From positions 17,484,001-17,548,000 of the forward strand of contig JAQFVV010000006.1 of the NCBI GenBank assembly GCA_028023455.1: a stretch of DNA of 64,000 nt. Direction: 5' to 3'. A program made the translations under genes and the position numbers. The notes beneath the pieces were generated by a model, which did not search any database, had not been told where the DNA came from, and saw only the letters and a program-made list of their open reading frames with translations. This document shows, piece after piece, positions 63,331 through 64,000 of the stretch. Each line of letters begins with the position of its first letter. Position 1 is the stretch's first letter. Source of the stretch: Epiperipatus broadwayi. Its lineage: Eukaryota > Animalia > Onychophora.

Positions 63331-64000
63331 CTTAATATTTGATTATAATGAGTTTATAATAATTACAATACTTAAAAAAAATAGGATTAAATATTGTTTA
63401 GAATTAATTTAATGAAATTTATATATATTTAAAAAAGCGTATAATCTGACTTCACCAGAAAAACATATATATATATTTAATGCATAATTTGAATATATCA
63501 AAAACATTTCATTTTTTAATTACATTACTAAATTAAGAAAAAAAAACTAACAAAAGAGAAGTAATAGCTCTACAAATATATATAAAACATTTTTTTCTCT
63601 CATAGGAGAATATAACTAATGTCTATGAAATTTCTAGAGCTGGAATTGCTGCTTTGTTATTGGTTATTACTTCTGCCATCCGTGGAAATAATGAAAACTA
63701 AAATATAGAACTAATATCATTAAAATGGAGCCATTCAGTGCAAAATTGCACAAAAATTATTAAGCTTTTGGTCAATCTAAATGTTACAAAATATAATATT
63801 ACAAAATGAGTTTTATCTGTGCCATGACATTAAATTACAGATTTTTGATTTTTTTTTTATAAAAAGATTGTATATATAATTGGTTTTAAAGAAAACATTT
63901 TGCTCATTATCTGTTTGAAAGATATATTCATTTAGAAAAATAAAATGAATAGATTATTTTAAAGATAAGAATGAAGGAAACGCTAACCAATTCTAAGAGC

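Noticed and set aside
1-64000. CRISPR arrays, rRNA, operons and most ORF-track entries
   Set aside because: None were found. The window is eukaryotic and the short ORFs are chance frames or the TE relics listed above.

Overview
AT-rich, CpG-depleted eukaryotic DNA, most likely from an animal. Most ORF-track entries are spurious or are transposon relics. The window holds decayed RTE LINEs, other non-LTR and gypsy-type retroelements, mariner, Tigger and hAT DNA elements, several foldback MITEs, tRNA-derived SINEs and at least six Penelope-like element (PLE) fragments. Scattered short candidate exons may belong to an unrecognised, long-intron membrane-protein gene on +, and possibly to a second transcript on -. 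The main signal is a set of hammerhead-ribozyme (HHR)-like motifs. (i) A recurrent three-way-junction motif lies directly behind four PLE GIY-YIG 3' ends from two PLE families. It keeps GAAA, a self-complementary stem III and UH, but replaces CUGANGA with A(G/U)GAUUCU, an apparent A3-U8 swap. (ii) A tRNA-headed SINE family carries a PLE-type minimal HHR. (iii) A canonical-type HHR of opposite polarity lies next to one variant motif. All folds were derived by eye and no database search was possible.
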